Shown here piece after piece: positions 16,596 through 27,288 of a DNA stretch of 34,686 nucleotides (the stretch's first letter is position 1; each line of letters opens with the position of its first letter). The notes under the pieces were generated by a model. It did not search any database. It saw nothing but the letters and a program-made list of their open reading frames with translations, and had not been told where the DNA came from. The position numbers and the translations under genes were made by a program. The stretch is from an uncultured Candidatus Poseidoniales archaeon (GTDB lineage: Archaea > Thermoplasmatota > Poseidoniia > Poseidoniales > Thalassarchaeaceae): positions 1,674-36,359 of the forward strand of contig CAZXZO010000008.1 in assembly GCA_964645485.1 (NCBI GenBank), read 5' to 3'.

Positions 16596-18017
16596 TTAAT
16601 TTTGAATCGCTCGGTGATAAGCCTCCAATGCACCATCAATTACGTTCTCCCATGTGCGATTTTCTTCAACCCATGATTTTGCATTTTGACCTAACTTTTG
16701 GCGGAGTTTTTCATTTTCAATTAATGAAAAAATTGACTTAGAAAGTGCTTCAATATCTCCTGGGTCATATAACAAACCAGTTACACCGTGTTCAACTATT
16801 TCTGAGAGAGCAGGGAGATTTGTCATCACTAATGCACGACCTCGTTGCATTGCTTCAAATGGTTTGAGAGGCGTTACTAAACGAGTTACTCTTGTGTCTG
16901 GACGACTAACTACAAAAATATCTATCAAATCATAAAATGGTGCTACTTCATCATGAGGTACTGGCCCCAAAATTACTGTATTATCCCCCATCCCCAATGA
17001 TTCACAATGGGTTTTCAATTCCTCTTGTCCCGCTTGAGATGAAAGAACGAATAATTTTACATTCACACCCTTAGATATCAACAAGGCCACTGCTTCAGCA
17101 GTAGCATCCACGCCTTCAATATCACGTAAACTACCAATGTAACCTACAACAATACTTTTTTCTAACTTTGACTGAGCAATAGGTAATAATTCTGAAACAT
17201 GATCAGACTCATTGAGTTTAACCGCATTTGGAACCAATGATATTTTCTTGGGATTAACACCACGTGAAATTGCTTCTTTACGTAATGTTTCACTAATACA
17301 AATTACAGCATCTGCCTTACGAAGTACCCTTGTCTCATGAAATCTAAATCTCTTATATGATGGGCCCCATGATTTCCAACGACCATTGGCAACTGCTGTT
17401 TCTTCCCACATCCCCCGCATCTCATATACGAATTGTAATTTTAATTTTCGAGCTGCGCGTATAGCTGGAATACCTACTCGATAGGGAGTATGGGCGTGAA
17501 TGATTTGTGGTTTTTCTTTCATGGCAATCTCAATAATTCTCTTTTGAAAATACCGGAAGAGAATTTTCTCTTCTAACCAGGTTAAACCCATATTTACTGG
17601 GATTATTACTTTGCGAATTACCCGTTTTATTCTCACCCATGAATATCTACTTGCCCTTATTACAAATGGCGATTTAGATTCTACTATGGATTGCGTAGTT
17701 GGTTGATTTAACCTTGCAATCTTTCGTTGCCCGCGATTCTTCACCCAATTCATCCCCAAACCTGAATTGTTGTTAACATGTGTTGGATGTTTAGTTCTAA
17801 AATAATGGACACCATCTTGCTGAAATTTGCCAATCATTGTCTCTCGTTCAGGATACCATGGAGATGTGAGTCCTATAGGAGATACTTCTTTTGAATTCAG
17901 TTGGGAGGTCAGCAGTGAATGTGTTCGTACGGCATAACCGTTCACATCGGGTGGCCCATTAGCTAATACATGCAGTATGCGTAGTGGTTCTTCACTAGGC
18001 ATCAACCTCATCTCCAT
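16596..18017 (-). CDS. GT4 (GT-B) glycosyltransferase, WbuB-like
   Basis: NGYAVRT, HAHTP, YEMRGMWEE, VPNAV, YIGSL, TPLKPFEAM; TAATG coupling to the upstream wecB-like gene. Confidence 0.88.
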   Translation of the reverse strand: MEMRLMPSEEPLRILHVLANGPPDVNGYAVRTHSLLTSQLNSKEVSPIGLTSPWYPERETMIGKFQQDGVHYFRTKHPTHVNNNSGLGMNWVKNRGQRKIARLNQPTTQSIVESKSPFVIRASRYSWVRIKRVIRKVIIPVNMGLTWLEEKILFRYFQKRIIEIAMKEKPQIIHAHTPYRVGIPAIRAARKLKLQFVYEMRGMWEETAVANGRWKSWGPSYKRFRFHETRVLRKADAVICISETLRKEAISRGVNPKKISLVPNAVKLNESDHVSELLPIAQSKLEKSIVVGYIGSLRDIEGVDATAEAVALLISKGVNVKLFVLSSQAGQEELKTHCESLGMGDNTVILGPVPHDEVAPFYDLIDIFVVSRPDTRVTRLVTPLKPFEAMQRGRALVMTNLPALSEIVEHGVTGLLYDPGDIEALSKSIFSLIENEKLRQKLGQNAKSWVEENRTWENVIDGALEAYHRAIQN

Positions 18018-19123
18018 TAATTGCTATTTTTGATGTGAGAAATCAATACATCAGATATTCTCGCTGCTGTGTTTCCATCCCACAGGTCAGGAATTTGGCC
18101 AACTTTACCACCATTTTCTAAAATTTCAAATGCTGTTGAAATAATAGTAGATGTTTCATTTCCAACAACAATATTTGTTCCTTCTGTGACTGTGATTGGC
18201 CGTTCTGTGTTTTCTCGCAAGGTGATACAAGGAATCCCAAGTGCTGTTGTTTCTTCTTGTAACCCCCCTGAATCAGTAAGCACTAATTTTGCTGAAGCCA
18301 TCAATGCTACAAAATCCAAATAACCCGCTGGTTCTGTTAAAATAATGTTAGGGATTGATTTCAATCTAACTGTCAAACCAAATTTTTCGGCTTGTTTGCG
18401 TGTGCGAGGGTGTAAAGGGAGAACCAATGATAATTTTTTGCCGACTGCTTCAAGTGCCGTTATTATCCTTTCAAACGCATCTTTGTCATCAACATTAGAT
18501 GGGCGATGAAGGGTCAATACCCCATAATTTCCTTTTTCAATTCCAAGCCGAGAATGTATGTCACAATTACGTGCTCGCTCTAAATTTATCATCAAACTAT
18601 CAATCATGATGTTTCCTACTCTGTGAATTTTCTCGGGCGCAACACCTTCATTCAATAAATTCTCATCCCCATCAGGAGAAGGGGTTAGTAATAAATCACA
18701 AATTGTATCAGTAAGAATGCGGTTGATTTCTTCCGGCATTTTACGGTCAAATGAACGAAGCCCTGCCTCAACATGTGCTGTTGGAATCCAAAGTTTGGCA
18801 GCAACCATTGAACAAGCGATTGTGGAATTTACATCCCCCACTACAACAACCATAGAGGGTTCGTGTTCAAAACAAACTTTTTCAAACTCAACCATCACTT
18901 TCGCTGTTTGCTCTGCGTGTGAACCAGAACCAATACCAAGATAAATATCTGGTTCTGGCATTCCTAAGTCTTCAAAGAAAACCTTTGACATGTTTTCGTC
19001 ATAATGTTGACCGGTATGAAGCAATAACTGATTCACCCCTCTACGAGCAAGTTCGGCATGAATTGGTGCTATTTTCATAAAATTGGGTCTTGCCCCTACA
19101 ACTAGTATTATTGGTCCGATCAT
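18017..19123 (-). CDS. wecB: UDP-N-acetylglucosamine 2-epimerase (non-hydrolysing)
   Basis: GARPNFMK, HTGQHYD, VVGDVNST, HVEAGLRS, PEEINR, TLHRPSNVD, DSGGLQEE, RENTERP. Confidence 0.95.
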   Translation of the reverse strand: MIGPIILVVGARPNFMKIAPIHAELARRGVNQLLLHTGQHYDENMSKVFFEDLGMPEPDIYLGIGSGSHAEQTAKVMVEFEKVCFEHEPSMVVVVGDVNSTIACSMVAAKLWIPTAHVEAGLRSFDRKMPEEINRILTDTICDLLLTPSPDGDENLLNEGVAPEKIHRVGNIMIDSLMINLERARNCDIHSRLGIEKGNYGVLTLHRPSNVDDKDAFERIITALEAVGKKLSLVLPLHPRTRKQAEKFGLTVRLKSIPNIILTEPAGYLDFVALMASAKLVLTDSGGLQEETTALGIPCITLRENTERPITVTEGTNIVVGNETSTIISTAFEILENGGKVGQIPDLWDGNTAARISDVLISHIKNSN

Positions 19124-20208
19124 TCTTTATTCCCCTCATGTAATTCACTCAATAATGACCAATATTTTCCCGAACGGTTAGCACTCTCGTATAATTCTAT
19201 TAAATCAGTTCTGATATTTTCCAATGCTAAAATGGCATTATCAAATTCATCTTTATCCCCCAATAGTGCTGAACACATTGAAGCTGCAGTGTCTAAATCA
19301 CCTAAATCATATAAGCGGAAAAATGAGGATTCGGGCGTAACTTCTCCTAATGCCCCGACATTTGAAGATACCACGGGGCAACCTGTTAGCATCACCTCTA
19401 ATACCGACATACCAAATGATTCACCATGGCTCGTGACTAAGTTAATTCCACGCCGCCCTCTAACTAATGAAATGAAGGACGGCATTCTTTCATTTTCAAT
19501 TCTATCAAACCAGCGAAATCTGTGAATTATTTCTAATTCCTCGGCCCGTTCAAATACTTCCTGCGCTAACCCATCAGGACAGGTTTGACCCCCTACAATC
19601 CAATACTCAACTTCTGGTAATTGCTTGTTAATCATACTAGATACTTCCATAAATGATTGCCAATCTTTGTGGTCATCAATCTTGCCAACCCATAGAACAA
19701 CAGGTGGGCCCTCGGTTTGAATTTCTGATGTGTGGAATAATTCAGTGTCGAGAACATTACCGAATTTTATTATTCTACAGTCTGAAACGGCATCACTACG
19801 ATGATGTTTTATTCTCTCCACCATATAATCAGACACAGTTGTAAAAGTGTCAACATCGCCTTTTTGTAATCTTGTTAGGTATTCTAAATTACGTTCAATG
19901 CTAGTATGAACTTCAATGATTATTGTAGCATCTGTATCAATATCCCTAACCGCCCTAATATACTCCTCTGTATCTATAATTACAATGATGTCAAAATTAT
20001 TTGTCCGAAGGAATCCAGTTGTGGTGTTTTCATCTAATCCGAAATGTAATGTAGCATATGGATTAAGCATTTCTTGAACACCATGATCACTCTTAAAACC
20101 ACAATGAATGTCTAAATTTAAATTATCAGGTATATGTCGCAAGCGATGGAATAACTGGGTGCATACACCTCCCAAAATACCATACCGATACAAGAATAAT
20201 ATCTTCAT
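19120..20208 (-). CDS. GT4 (GT-B) glycosyltransferase
   Basis: GILGGV N-terminal loop, WVGKID, ESFGMSVLEVMLTGCPVV (Ex7E); ATGA overlaps on both sides. Confidence 0.85.
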   Translation of the reverse strand: MKILFLYRYGILGGVCTQLFHRLRHIPDNLNLDIHCGFKSDHGVQEMLNPYATLHFGLDENTTTGFLRTNNFDIIVIIDTEEYIRAVRDIDTDATIIIEVHTSIERNLEYLTRLQKGDVDTFTTVSDYMVERIKHHRSDAVSDCRIIKFGNVLDTELFHTSEIQTEGPPVVLWVGKIDDHKDWQSFMEVSSMINKQLPEVEYWIVGGQTCPDGLAQEVFERAEELEIIHRFRWFDRIENERMPSFISLVRGRRGINLVTSHGESFGMSVLEVMLTGCPVVSSNVGALGEVTPESSFFRLYDLGDLDTAASMCSALLGDKDEFDNAILALENIRTDLIELYESANRSGKYWSLLSELHEGNKE

Positions 20209-22229
20209 TTTTTCACCCCTATGCTACGAACACCATCGTTTGAATTTGCAGATGAAAGGGCAAGGAATCTATCTACTCGATCGCTCCATTTATTGGTCTC
20301 AAGCCAATTCTTGAGTGTTCCTTTTCGAGGGCGGTGGCTTGAAAATTCGTCTAATGCCGCACAAAAGTCTGGTACATTATTTACAGTTAATGTATATGGA
20401 TATGTATCAATTTGTGGCATTCTGAATGAAACTGTTGGGAGCCCCAAAGCCATGTACTCATAAATTTTAATCGGATCTACTCCATCTGCTAATAGACCCA
20501 TTTTAAATGGAATTATTGCAACACTCCATTTTGATGCGATATCGTTAATTTCAGCATGGTTTTTAGGACCAAATAATTTGATATTATCTGGTACATCAAG
20601 ATCATCTGGTGCTGAATGCCCTATAATTTCAAATTCATAATCGGGTCGTAAAATAGCAATTTCAGTAAGAGAATCCCAATCAAACCAACTTGAAGTTAAA
20701 TGGCCAAAATACCCAATTTTAACTTTAGCATCACCCGTCCATTTGTATCCTTTTGAAAGGAAGTGGGGGGACAGGGCATTCGGAACTACTTCAACAGGGT
20801 ATTTGGGACCAAACCCATCTAATTTATCTGCTAATGGACCGGATACTGCTGTTACATAATCTGAATTAGTAACTATGTATTTCTCATTAAATGTTCGATA
20901 CCATTTTGCTTGACCCACTTTTTCAAATTCTTCCCATTCATCTCGAGCATCGTATATTGTAACCCATCCTTGAACTCTAAATCGGTTGAGGATTTTAGAA
21001 ATACAGGGGTGTGGATATGAAATTATGAAGATTTTTTCTATATCTCCAAAATCCATCTCGGCAATTTCCCCCAACATTGTTTGAGTCACATCAATGGGGA
21101 TTTGAAGTAATAAATCACCTTGATACGGGGGCCACTCATCAGTTCTCTTCCATCGATGATAATTGAACATCACAGGAATATCACGACTGAGTAAATCTCT
21201 TGTTAATCTAATTGGTCTGTTCGCACGTAATTCTTGTACAAATGTCGTGCCTGAAAACATGAATACTACTTGCTTCGCATTAATACGAACAACATCTTTC
21301 TGGAATCTTGAAAAATCAAGGAGGAAATCATCTAATGAAGACGCTTGTATTTCCATCCCTACTTCAATAGTAATTGGCCCCTCTGCTTTCCACCTCCTAA
21401 ATCCTATCATTACTCTAGCTGTCCCCGCAGGGGGTTCAAACTCAACACAAAATTCTCCTGTGGTAGAGTCTTGATTTAGATAAGAATACCATCCAACGGT
21501 TCTAGAGCGAATTAAACCACCTGGTTCAATTCCTCTTACCTCATTTCCATCTTTATCAAAAAACAAAAATGTTGCTAACGCAGCCGCGTATGATTCCTCA
21601 CCATTCATTCTAGCCGTACCAATTAATTCATATCTTGGAGAAAAACCGCTTTTTGTCCTGATTTGATGTTCCGAAAATGGATGTTGAATATACGTTAACA
21701 CATCTGAAATTTCAATTTCTTTTTCTAATTGAAATAACCATGGTACAGAAGAATCTCCGTCATCAGGGGGTGGGCCGAACACCTTTAGATTCAGTATTCC
21801 TTGCATTTCCTTTTTCCAATCACTTGGAGGACACAACTCCAATAATTCTAACGATTCTTTTGGTCTTTCTAAACGATTCAAATAAGTAACGAGTGTTCTT
21901 ATTGCACGCGGGTCTGGGATTTCTTTGATTAATTTGAGTCCAAATTCAATACCCATATCAGGATCATAAGAACAACTTGAACGGATACCAGCAATGTAAA
22001 GATTAGCGCCATCTTTTTTGTGAAAACGTTTGCTTCGTAAGTAATTGATTGCTGTTTCGATTCCCACCAATGCTTCGTCGCTATCTGATTTCAAGTGGGT
22101 TTTAATTCTTGCCTCCATTTCAGGTATTGATACAGGCCTTGACATAGCCATCATCACTAATCTACGCATAGGCAAACCTAGAGGTGGTTGGTGGCGCCAA
22201 AATGGAATTTTCGTAATTAACCACCTCAT
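20205..22229 (-). CDS. Multidomain glycosyltransferase: helical N-terminus, beta-sandwich module, C-terminal TuaH-like GT-B domain
   Basis: C-terminal IGYFGHL..WFDW and DPIKIYEYMALGLPTVS. Start at ATG 22229 gives a TAATG overlap with the upstream stop (ORF track 22244). Confidence 0.8.
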   Translation of the reverse strand: MRWLITKIPFWRHQPPLGLPMRRLVMMAMSRPVSIPEMEARIKTHLKSDSDEALVGIETAINYLRSKRFHKKDGANLYIAGIRSSCSYDPDMGIEFGLKLIKEIPDPRAIRTLVTYLNRLERPKESLELLELCPPSDWKKEMQGILNLKVFGPPPDDGDSSVPWLFQLEKEIEISDVLTYIQHPFSEHQIRTKSGFSPRYELIGTARMNGEESYAAALATFLFFDKDGNEVRGIEPGGLIRSRTVGWYSYLNQDSTTGEFCVEFEPPAGTARVMIGFRRWKAEGPITIEVGMEIQASSLDDFLLDFSRFQKDVVRINAKQVVFMFSGTTFVQELRANRPIRLTRDLLSRDIPVMFNYHRWKRTDEWPPYQGDLLLQIPIDVTQTMLGEIAEMDFGDIEKIFIISYPHPCISKILNRFRVQGWVTIYDARDEWEEFEKVGQAKWYRTFNEKYIVTNSDYVTAVSGPLADKLDGFGPKYPVEVVPNALSPHFLSKGYKWTGDAKVKIGYFGHLTSSWFDWDSLTEIAILRPDYEFEIIGHSAPDDLDVPDNIKLFGPKNHAEINDIASKWSVAIIPFKMGLLADGVDPIKIYEYMALGLPTVSFRMPQIDTYPYTLTVNNVPDFCAALDEFSSHRPRKGTLKNWLETNKWSDRVDRFLALSSANSNDGVRSIGVKK

Positions 22230-22837
22230 TATTTCACACCCCATGCTGGATAGTATTTTCTAATATAATCATCCTCCTCTAATCTGATTTCTCTACAAGA
22301 CGCACCAAGAATTATTTTAGCCAAACGGGGATTGATCGGTTCTAGAGATAGGATTGAAAAGTTCCAATATTTTTGATGATGAAGTTTGAGTGCGAGCGAA
22401 ATATGGTTTGCTAGACTTGCTTCATCCTCTCGATTTGTATCATCAATAATCCAGGTTACTTCTTTTGGGAAAAGAGAAAGATGACGTAACAACCCTGAAC
22501 GACCAATTGAACCCAATGGGCCATCAACAATTACAATATCACATTCCGAGGGGATATTATTTTCCAATACCTTTGAATCATACCATTCTTTGTGATTAAA
22601 TCCAGGTAGTGGTTCAATCGCCACTAAAGGCGCGTGAATATACTCTACTTTGGGATGTCCTAGTATCCAATTTTCATCATGTTCAATAGAGTATATCTTT
22701 CCAAGGCGGGTTAAACGTTCTGTGCCTTCACCACTACCAAATTCTACAATCACAGAATTGGGATTAGAAAGGACGCGCACCGCTTCAAATGCACCATCAG
22801 AAAGCATCCAATGAGAATTTACCATATTATTCACCAT
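22229..22837 (-). CDS. Class I SAM-dependent methyltransferase-like protein
   Basis: VEFGSGEGT (motif I), SIEHDENW, VIVDGP, IIDDTNR. Confidence 0.78.
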   Translation of the reverse strand: MVNNMVNSHWMLSDGAFEAVRVLSNPNSVIVEFGSGEGTERLTRLGKIYSIEHDENWILGHPKVEYIHAPLVAIEPLPGFNHKEWYDSKVLENNIPSECDIVIVDGPLGSIGRSGLLRHLSLFPKEVTWIIDDTNREDEASLANHISLALKLHHQKYWNFSILSLEPINPRLAKIILGASCREIRLEEDDYIRKYYPAWGVK

Positions 22838-22848
22838 TTGATACTAAA

Positions 22849-23607
22849 TCATTTTTTCGAACTTTTTGAGAGTAAATGATAGCGTTCTATGACCTCATTA
22901 ATATCTGTTGAACAAATATCTACTTTCCCTTCATGAAGACAAATTGCTCTGTCACACATGTCTCTTAGGGTTGGTTCATTATGACTAACAATAATTACTG
23001 TAGCATCACCCTTCACCATTTCTTGAATCCTATCTTTTGATTTTTGACGGAAATCAGAATCCCCCACTGCTAACACTTCATCTATCAACAATATATCTGG
23101 ATTTAGATGAGAGGCTAGGGAAAAAGCTAGTCTGGCACGCATTCCTGATGAATAGGTGCGAAGGGGTTTATCAATGAATGACCCAATACCTGAAAATACA
23201 ACAATTGAAGGAACTAAATCATACAATTCATCTTCACCAAAACCATAGACACTGCCACTCAGATAGATATTCTCTCTACCAGTTAGATCCCTTTGAAAAC
23301 CTGCACCCAATCCAGCCAATAGGGCAATCCTTCCGCGTGTACGTACCACCCCCTCATCCGGCGCATAGATTCCTGCAATTACTCTGAGCATTGTACTCTT
23401 TCCTGCACCATTTGGCCCCATTATACCTAAGACTTCACCTTTCGATACTTGAACATCAACACTATCTAATGCACGAAAACTAGTTGGGGCTGAATCTTTT
23501 AAACTGAATCTTCCCGTTAGTAATTCCTTCAAAAAGGCAGGGCCGGTACGAAGAATGGGGAAATCCATCGTGGCTGATTTTAACTCAACGGCCAATTCTT
23601 CGCTCAT
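22849..23607 (-). CDS. wzt: Polysaccharide ABC exporter ATP-binding subunit (Wzt/TagH/KpsT type)
   Basis: GPNGAGKST Walker A, YSSGMRARLAFS signature, LLIDEVLAVGD Walker B, IVSH; 252 aa, no C-terminal extension. Confidence 0.93.
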   Translation of the reverse strand: MSEELAVELKSATMDFPILRTGPAFLKELLTGRFSLKDSAPTSFRALDSVDVQVSKGEVLGIMGPNGAGKSTMLRVIAGIYAPDEGVVRTRGRIALLAGLGAGFQRDLTGRENIYLSGSVYGFGEDELYDLVPSIVVFSGIGSFIDKPLRTYSSGMRARLAFSLASHLNPDILLIDEVLAVGDSDFRQKSKDRIQEMVKGDATVIIVSHNEPTLRDMCDRAICLHEGKVDICSTDINEVIERYHLLSKSSKK

Positions 23608-24443
23608 AGATACTTCACCGCCTTTCTTTCATAACGCATGAAAGCCATTGAACCTAATATGAATACTATAACAGAAGATAATAATGCAATACCAATGTGT
23701 TCAAATGTTAAGATATCCATGTTACCAAAAGCTGCTGATCTTGCCATCTCAATATAAACTGCGACAGGATTTGAAAGATGTAGGTCTACATATTCTGAAG
23801 GTATGTGTTCAACTGAATAAAAAACACCTGAAAGGAAGAAACCTGCACGGAGCAACAATTGAACCACCTGCCCAGTATCACGTACACGCACGTGTAACAT
23901 TGAAGCTAGTAATCCAAAACCAAACGCAAGCAAAGTAATTCCAATCATTGACAAAGGAAGTAATAGAAGCAGGTTAGTAATTGGCAACCCCTCCACAGCC
24001 ATGTAAATGAAAACAATTACCAAACTTAATGCTAAACGAGCAAATTGAAATCCTGCGATTGAAGCTAAGAAAATTTCACGTGGGAAATACACCTGCTGTA
24101 TGAGACCAGAGTTGCGAGCCAAAGCAACCGTACAGCCATTGAAGGTACGTGAAAAAGCATTGAAGAAAAGAATACCAATCATTATTGAAAGGGGTAGTAA
24201 ACTATCTGCAGAACCTCTTAGAATAACAAATACAAGATAAAATATTACTGTTAGTGCCAATGGCTCAAGTACAGACCAAATATATCCTAGAAAATGACCG
24301 TGATATGTCACCTTGAAATCACGTTTAATGAAATGACGTAATACTTGACGATTCTTCATCAAATTAGAAAACATTCTCTTTGGAGATGAAAGTAAGGGGA
24401 CCTTTCCCTCTGTGACAGCAGTCCAGTTCTCGCCCTGCGCCAT
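23604..24443 (-). CDS. wzm: Polysaccharide ABC exporter permease (Wzm/TagG type)
   Basis: KRDFKVTY..HFLGYIWSVLEPL, QQVYFPREI, RDTGQVV, LSGVFYS, NPVAVYIE; about 6 TMs; ATGA overlap with wzt. ATG 24443 preferred over 24485. Confidence 0.92.
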   Translation of the reverse strand: MAQGENWTAVTEGKVPLLSSPKRMFSNLMKNRQVLRHFIKRDFKVTYHGHFLGYIWSVLEPLALTVIFYLVFVILRGSADSLLPLSIMIGILFFNAFSRTFNGCTVALARNSGLIQQVYFPREIFLASIAGFQFARLALSLVIVFIYMAVEGLPITNLLLLLPLSMIGITLLAFGFGLLASMLHVRVRDTGQVVQLLLRAGFFLSGVFYSVEHIPSEYVDLHLSNPVAVYIEMARSAAFGNMDILTFEHIGIALLSSVIVFILGSMAFMRYERKAVKYL

Positions 24444-24548
24444 ATTATGGCCCCAAATGTAGGGGTTATTGAATCCAACCGCCACAATGACCTTTCAAAA
24501 CTTGAGTATGGGTGAAAATGATAACCAGCGAGTGGTTCGCTCAATACA

Positions 24549-25370
24549 ATGAAGGTCGGTATTATTGGGGCGGGCATCGTTGGCGGTGCTATCGAACATT
24601 GGTTTGCTGGCGCCCATGAACTGTTCATTCATGACCTTGTTAGAGGTACAACTTTGTCTGATGTCACAGAGAATGTAGACATGGCCTATATTGCTGTCCC
24701 AACACCCATGTCTGATGATGGTTCTTGCAATCTCTCAATCGTAGAATCTGTGCTTGATGAATTACCAGATGGTTTTACTGCAGTGATTAAGAGTACAGTG
24801 GTACCAGGAACTACTCAACGTTATCACGAAAAATATACCCAACTAAAGATTGCTTATTCACCTGAATTTCTAGTAGAAAGGCGTCATTTAGAGGACTTTG
24901 GAAATCAAGACATTCTCGTTTGTGGTACACACCACGCTGATGTTGCTGAACGAGTATTCCAACAACACAGAGAAGCGGGTGTTCTGAAGCGCGACCAAAC
25001 CTTCCAAGTCACACCGACACAAGCTGAACTTGTCAAATACACAAAGAACACATATTACGCGATGAAAGTTATCTTCGCTAATCAAATGTTTGACATCTGT
25101 GAAGCGTTGGGTGAAGACTGGTATGCTGTTCGAGATATCATCACGGCTGAACAAGCTCAACCTATCGGCCCCAGTCACCTTGATCCAATCTTTGGGCTTA
25201 ACCGAGGTTTTGGTGGTAAATGCCTGCCAAAAGATTCCAATGCACTTCGAGTACTAGCCAAAGAACTAGGTGTAAATTACGACATCTTTGATGCGCTTCA
25301 ATCAGACAATGCACGCCTAAGAGGTACCCTAACTGGAAAAGAAAGTGATGTTGAAACCCAAGATGATTGA
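24549..25370 (+). CDS. UDP-glucose/GDP-mannose dehydrogenase family protein lacking the C-terminal domain
   Basis: GAGIVG Rossmann loop, IAVPTP, KSTVVPG, SPEFL, AELVKY..N...KVIFAN, catalytic [10 protein letters not shown]; only 273 aa. Confidence 0.88.
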   Translation: MKVGIIGAGIVGGAIEHWFAGAHELFIHDLVRGTTLSDVTENVDMAYIAVPTPMSDDGSCNLSIVESVLDELPDGFTAVIKSTVVPGTTQRYHEKYTQLKIAYSPEFLVERRHLEDFGNQDILVCGTHHADVAERVFQQHREAGVLKRDQTFQVTPTQAELVKYTKNTYYAMKVIFANQMFDICEALGEDWYAVRDIITAEQAQPIGPSHLDPIFGLNRGFGGKCLPKDSNALRVLAKELGVNYDIFDALQSDNARLRGTLTGKESDVETQDD

Positions 25371-27288
25371 GATGTTTTTTGAAAAACATGAAGGGGCCAA
25401 ATGGCTTACTTTTCTTTCTCTTCCGATGGCATTGTTATCAGGATGGTTTGTATATTTAACTTGGGTTATTGGAATAAGTGGATGGGGGAATGTAATAGTT
25501 GTTTCAATTGCTTTACTCTCTGGAATTACGTATTTAATTAGAACGACTAGATGGGAATTGATGGATTTACGATGGTTAATTGCTCCAATTTTAATTATTT
25601 CCTTATCGTCTTATATTCCATGGTGGGAATTTACTCATGCTTGGCCAGATTCTGGCCATTACACATATTGGGCAATAAATTTTATCGAGCAATCTAGTTG
25701 GCTACCGCCTGATTTCCGTTTACTACCACCATTAGTGCCGGGATTTCTAAGCCTAGAAATTTTTTACTCTAAACAAAGTTACTCAATACGTTGGGTGCCA
25801 ATTATTCTTTTTATTGCATCATCGTGGCAAATACAACATCTAGCAGAAAGATTGGGTACAATGAAAAGTGCTATTCTTTGTATGATTATATTCATATTAC
25901 TACCAGTTACAAGATACTGGGGGCAAATGGTGATGACTGATGTGGCTGTAGCTGGAATGTGGGTTTTATGCCTGCACATATTTCTTCTATCTGAAGAAAA
26001 CGATGATAAAATAAATCTTGCAATGATACTAGGTGTGATTGCTGCAATTACTTTTCTTACTAAATATACACACATCTATTTGGTTGGGATTGGTGGATGG
26101 ATGGTGCTCAGGGATTGGGGAATTGGTCGAGCAAAAAAATTCTTCATGGGGTGGTTAATAATTACTGCACCATTTATAATACAACAATTAATTTTACATG
26201 GACATCCATTCTATCCCCTAATAGATCAAGTACAATTTGCAGTGATAAGTACCACATCAACTGTTGATGTATACACGAGTAGTAATTTTGTAAATGACAT
26301 ACTATCAGAGATAACCCTGTTACTAGTTATTGGAGTCAGTTTAGGAATTTATCAAATGTATAATCAACAAAAAAGATACCTAATTACAATTACAGTAATG
26401 GTGGTGCCTCTTTTAATATTAAATGGGATTATTCTTGATTGGGGAGAACCAAGATATAATACCCCAATTATTGCAATAATCTTACTTTTATGTACTTATG
26501 GATGTAAACGTGTAGTTAGTGATTATCAAGAAATTACTAACAATAGTTCATCTAAATTAATCTCAATCCTGTGTGCAGGATTATTGCTTACTACAGGAAT
26601 TTTTCATTTCACAACATTATCTGATGAATCTGAAAACGCTAATGATTCTGTAGAACAATTTCAATCTACAATTGAATTTATTATTCAACCATTATCTAAT
26701 CTAAATCAAGATGATATACTTCTTGCGGGAAAAGATAAGCCTATTCGCCTGAAAACTAAGATTAACACAATACGATATATTTGGCCATCATCAACATATA
26801 AAGATACCAATGACCCAATAATTGATGGAATTAATGCATATAAGTCAACACACATGTTGACAACAAATGTTCAACCATATTTTACTTGGGAGAAAGATTT
26901 TGATTGGCAGTTAGGACATGGTTCAATAGAACTAGAAACAATACATACTGATGGTTGGTGGAGTGCTGTATTGTGGCGTGTTGATAATACAACTTATCTT
27001 TCACCTAATGAATATTATTCAAATCACACTGGCAATGTTACCGGAGATTTGTTAATCCTCGGACCAAATGAATCATTCACAGTTGGGGAATCTAACCTTT
27101 CAATAAAATGGATTGAAGTAACAACAATACGTCCTTATCAACAAGTAATGAAAGTCCTTGCTGGTGAAGAGGGATTGATGATCAACGGTTCTCTTGATGG
27201 GGATGAAGATTCATTTTTCTATTCACAAGAACAACTAATTTCACCTTCTGATAAATACACCTATGCATGGATAGAATCAACCAATTAA
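25363..27288 (+). CDS. GT-C fold glycosyltransferase (ArnT/PMT-like, lipid-phosphate-sugar dependent)
   Basis: About 11-13 TM segments, first-loop DSGHY, TDVA, FLTKY, EPRY, soluble C-terminal domain. Start 25363 or 25372. Confidence 0.72.
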   Translation: MIEMFFEKHEGAKWLTFLSLPMALLSGWFVYLTWVIGISGWGNVIVVSIALLSGITYLIRTTRWELMDLRWLIAPILIISLSSYIPWWEFTHAWPDSGHYTYWAINFIEQSSWLPPDFRLLPPLVPGFLSLEIFYSKQSYSIRWVPIILFIASSWQIQHLAERLGTMKSAILCMIIFILLPVTRYWGQMVMTDVAVAGMWVLCLHIFLLSEENDDKINLAMILGVIAAITFLTKYTHIYLVGIGGWMVLRDWGIGRAKKFFMGWLIITAPFIIQQLILHGHPFYPLIDQVQFAVISTTSTVDVYTSSNFVNDILSEITLLLVIGVSLGIYQMYNQQKRYLITITVMVVPLLILNGIILDWGEPRYNTPIIAIILLLCTYGCKRVVSDYQEITNNSSSKLISILCAGLLLTTGIFHFTTLSDESENANDSVEQFQSTIEFIIQPLSNLNQDDILLAGKDKPIRLKTKINTIRYIWPSSTYKDTNDPIIDGINAYKSTHMLTTNVQPYFTWEKDFDWQLGHGSIELETIHTDGWWSAVLWRVDNTTYLSPNEYYSNHTGNVTGDLLILGPNESFTVGESNLSIKWIEVTTIRPYQQVMKVLAGEEGLMINGSLDGDEDSFFYSQEQLISPSDKYTYAWIESTN

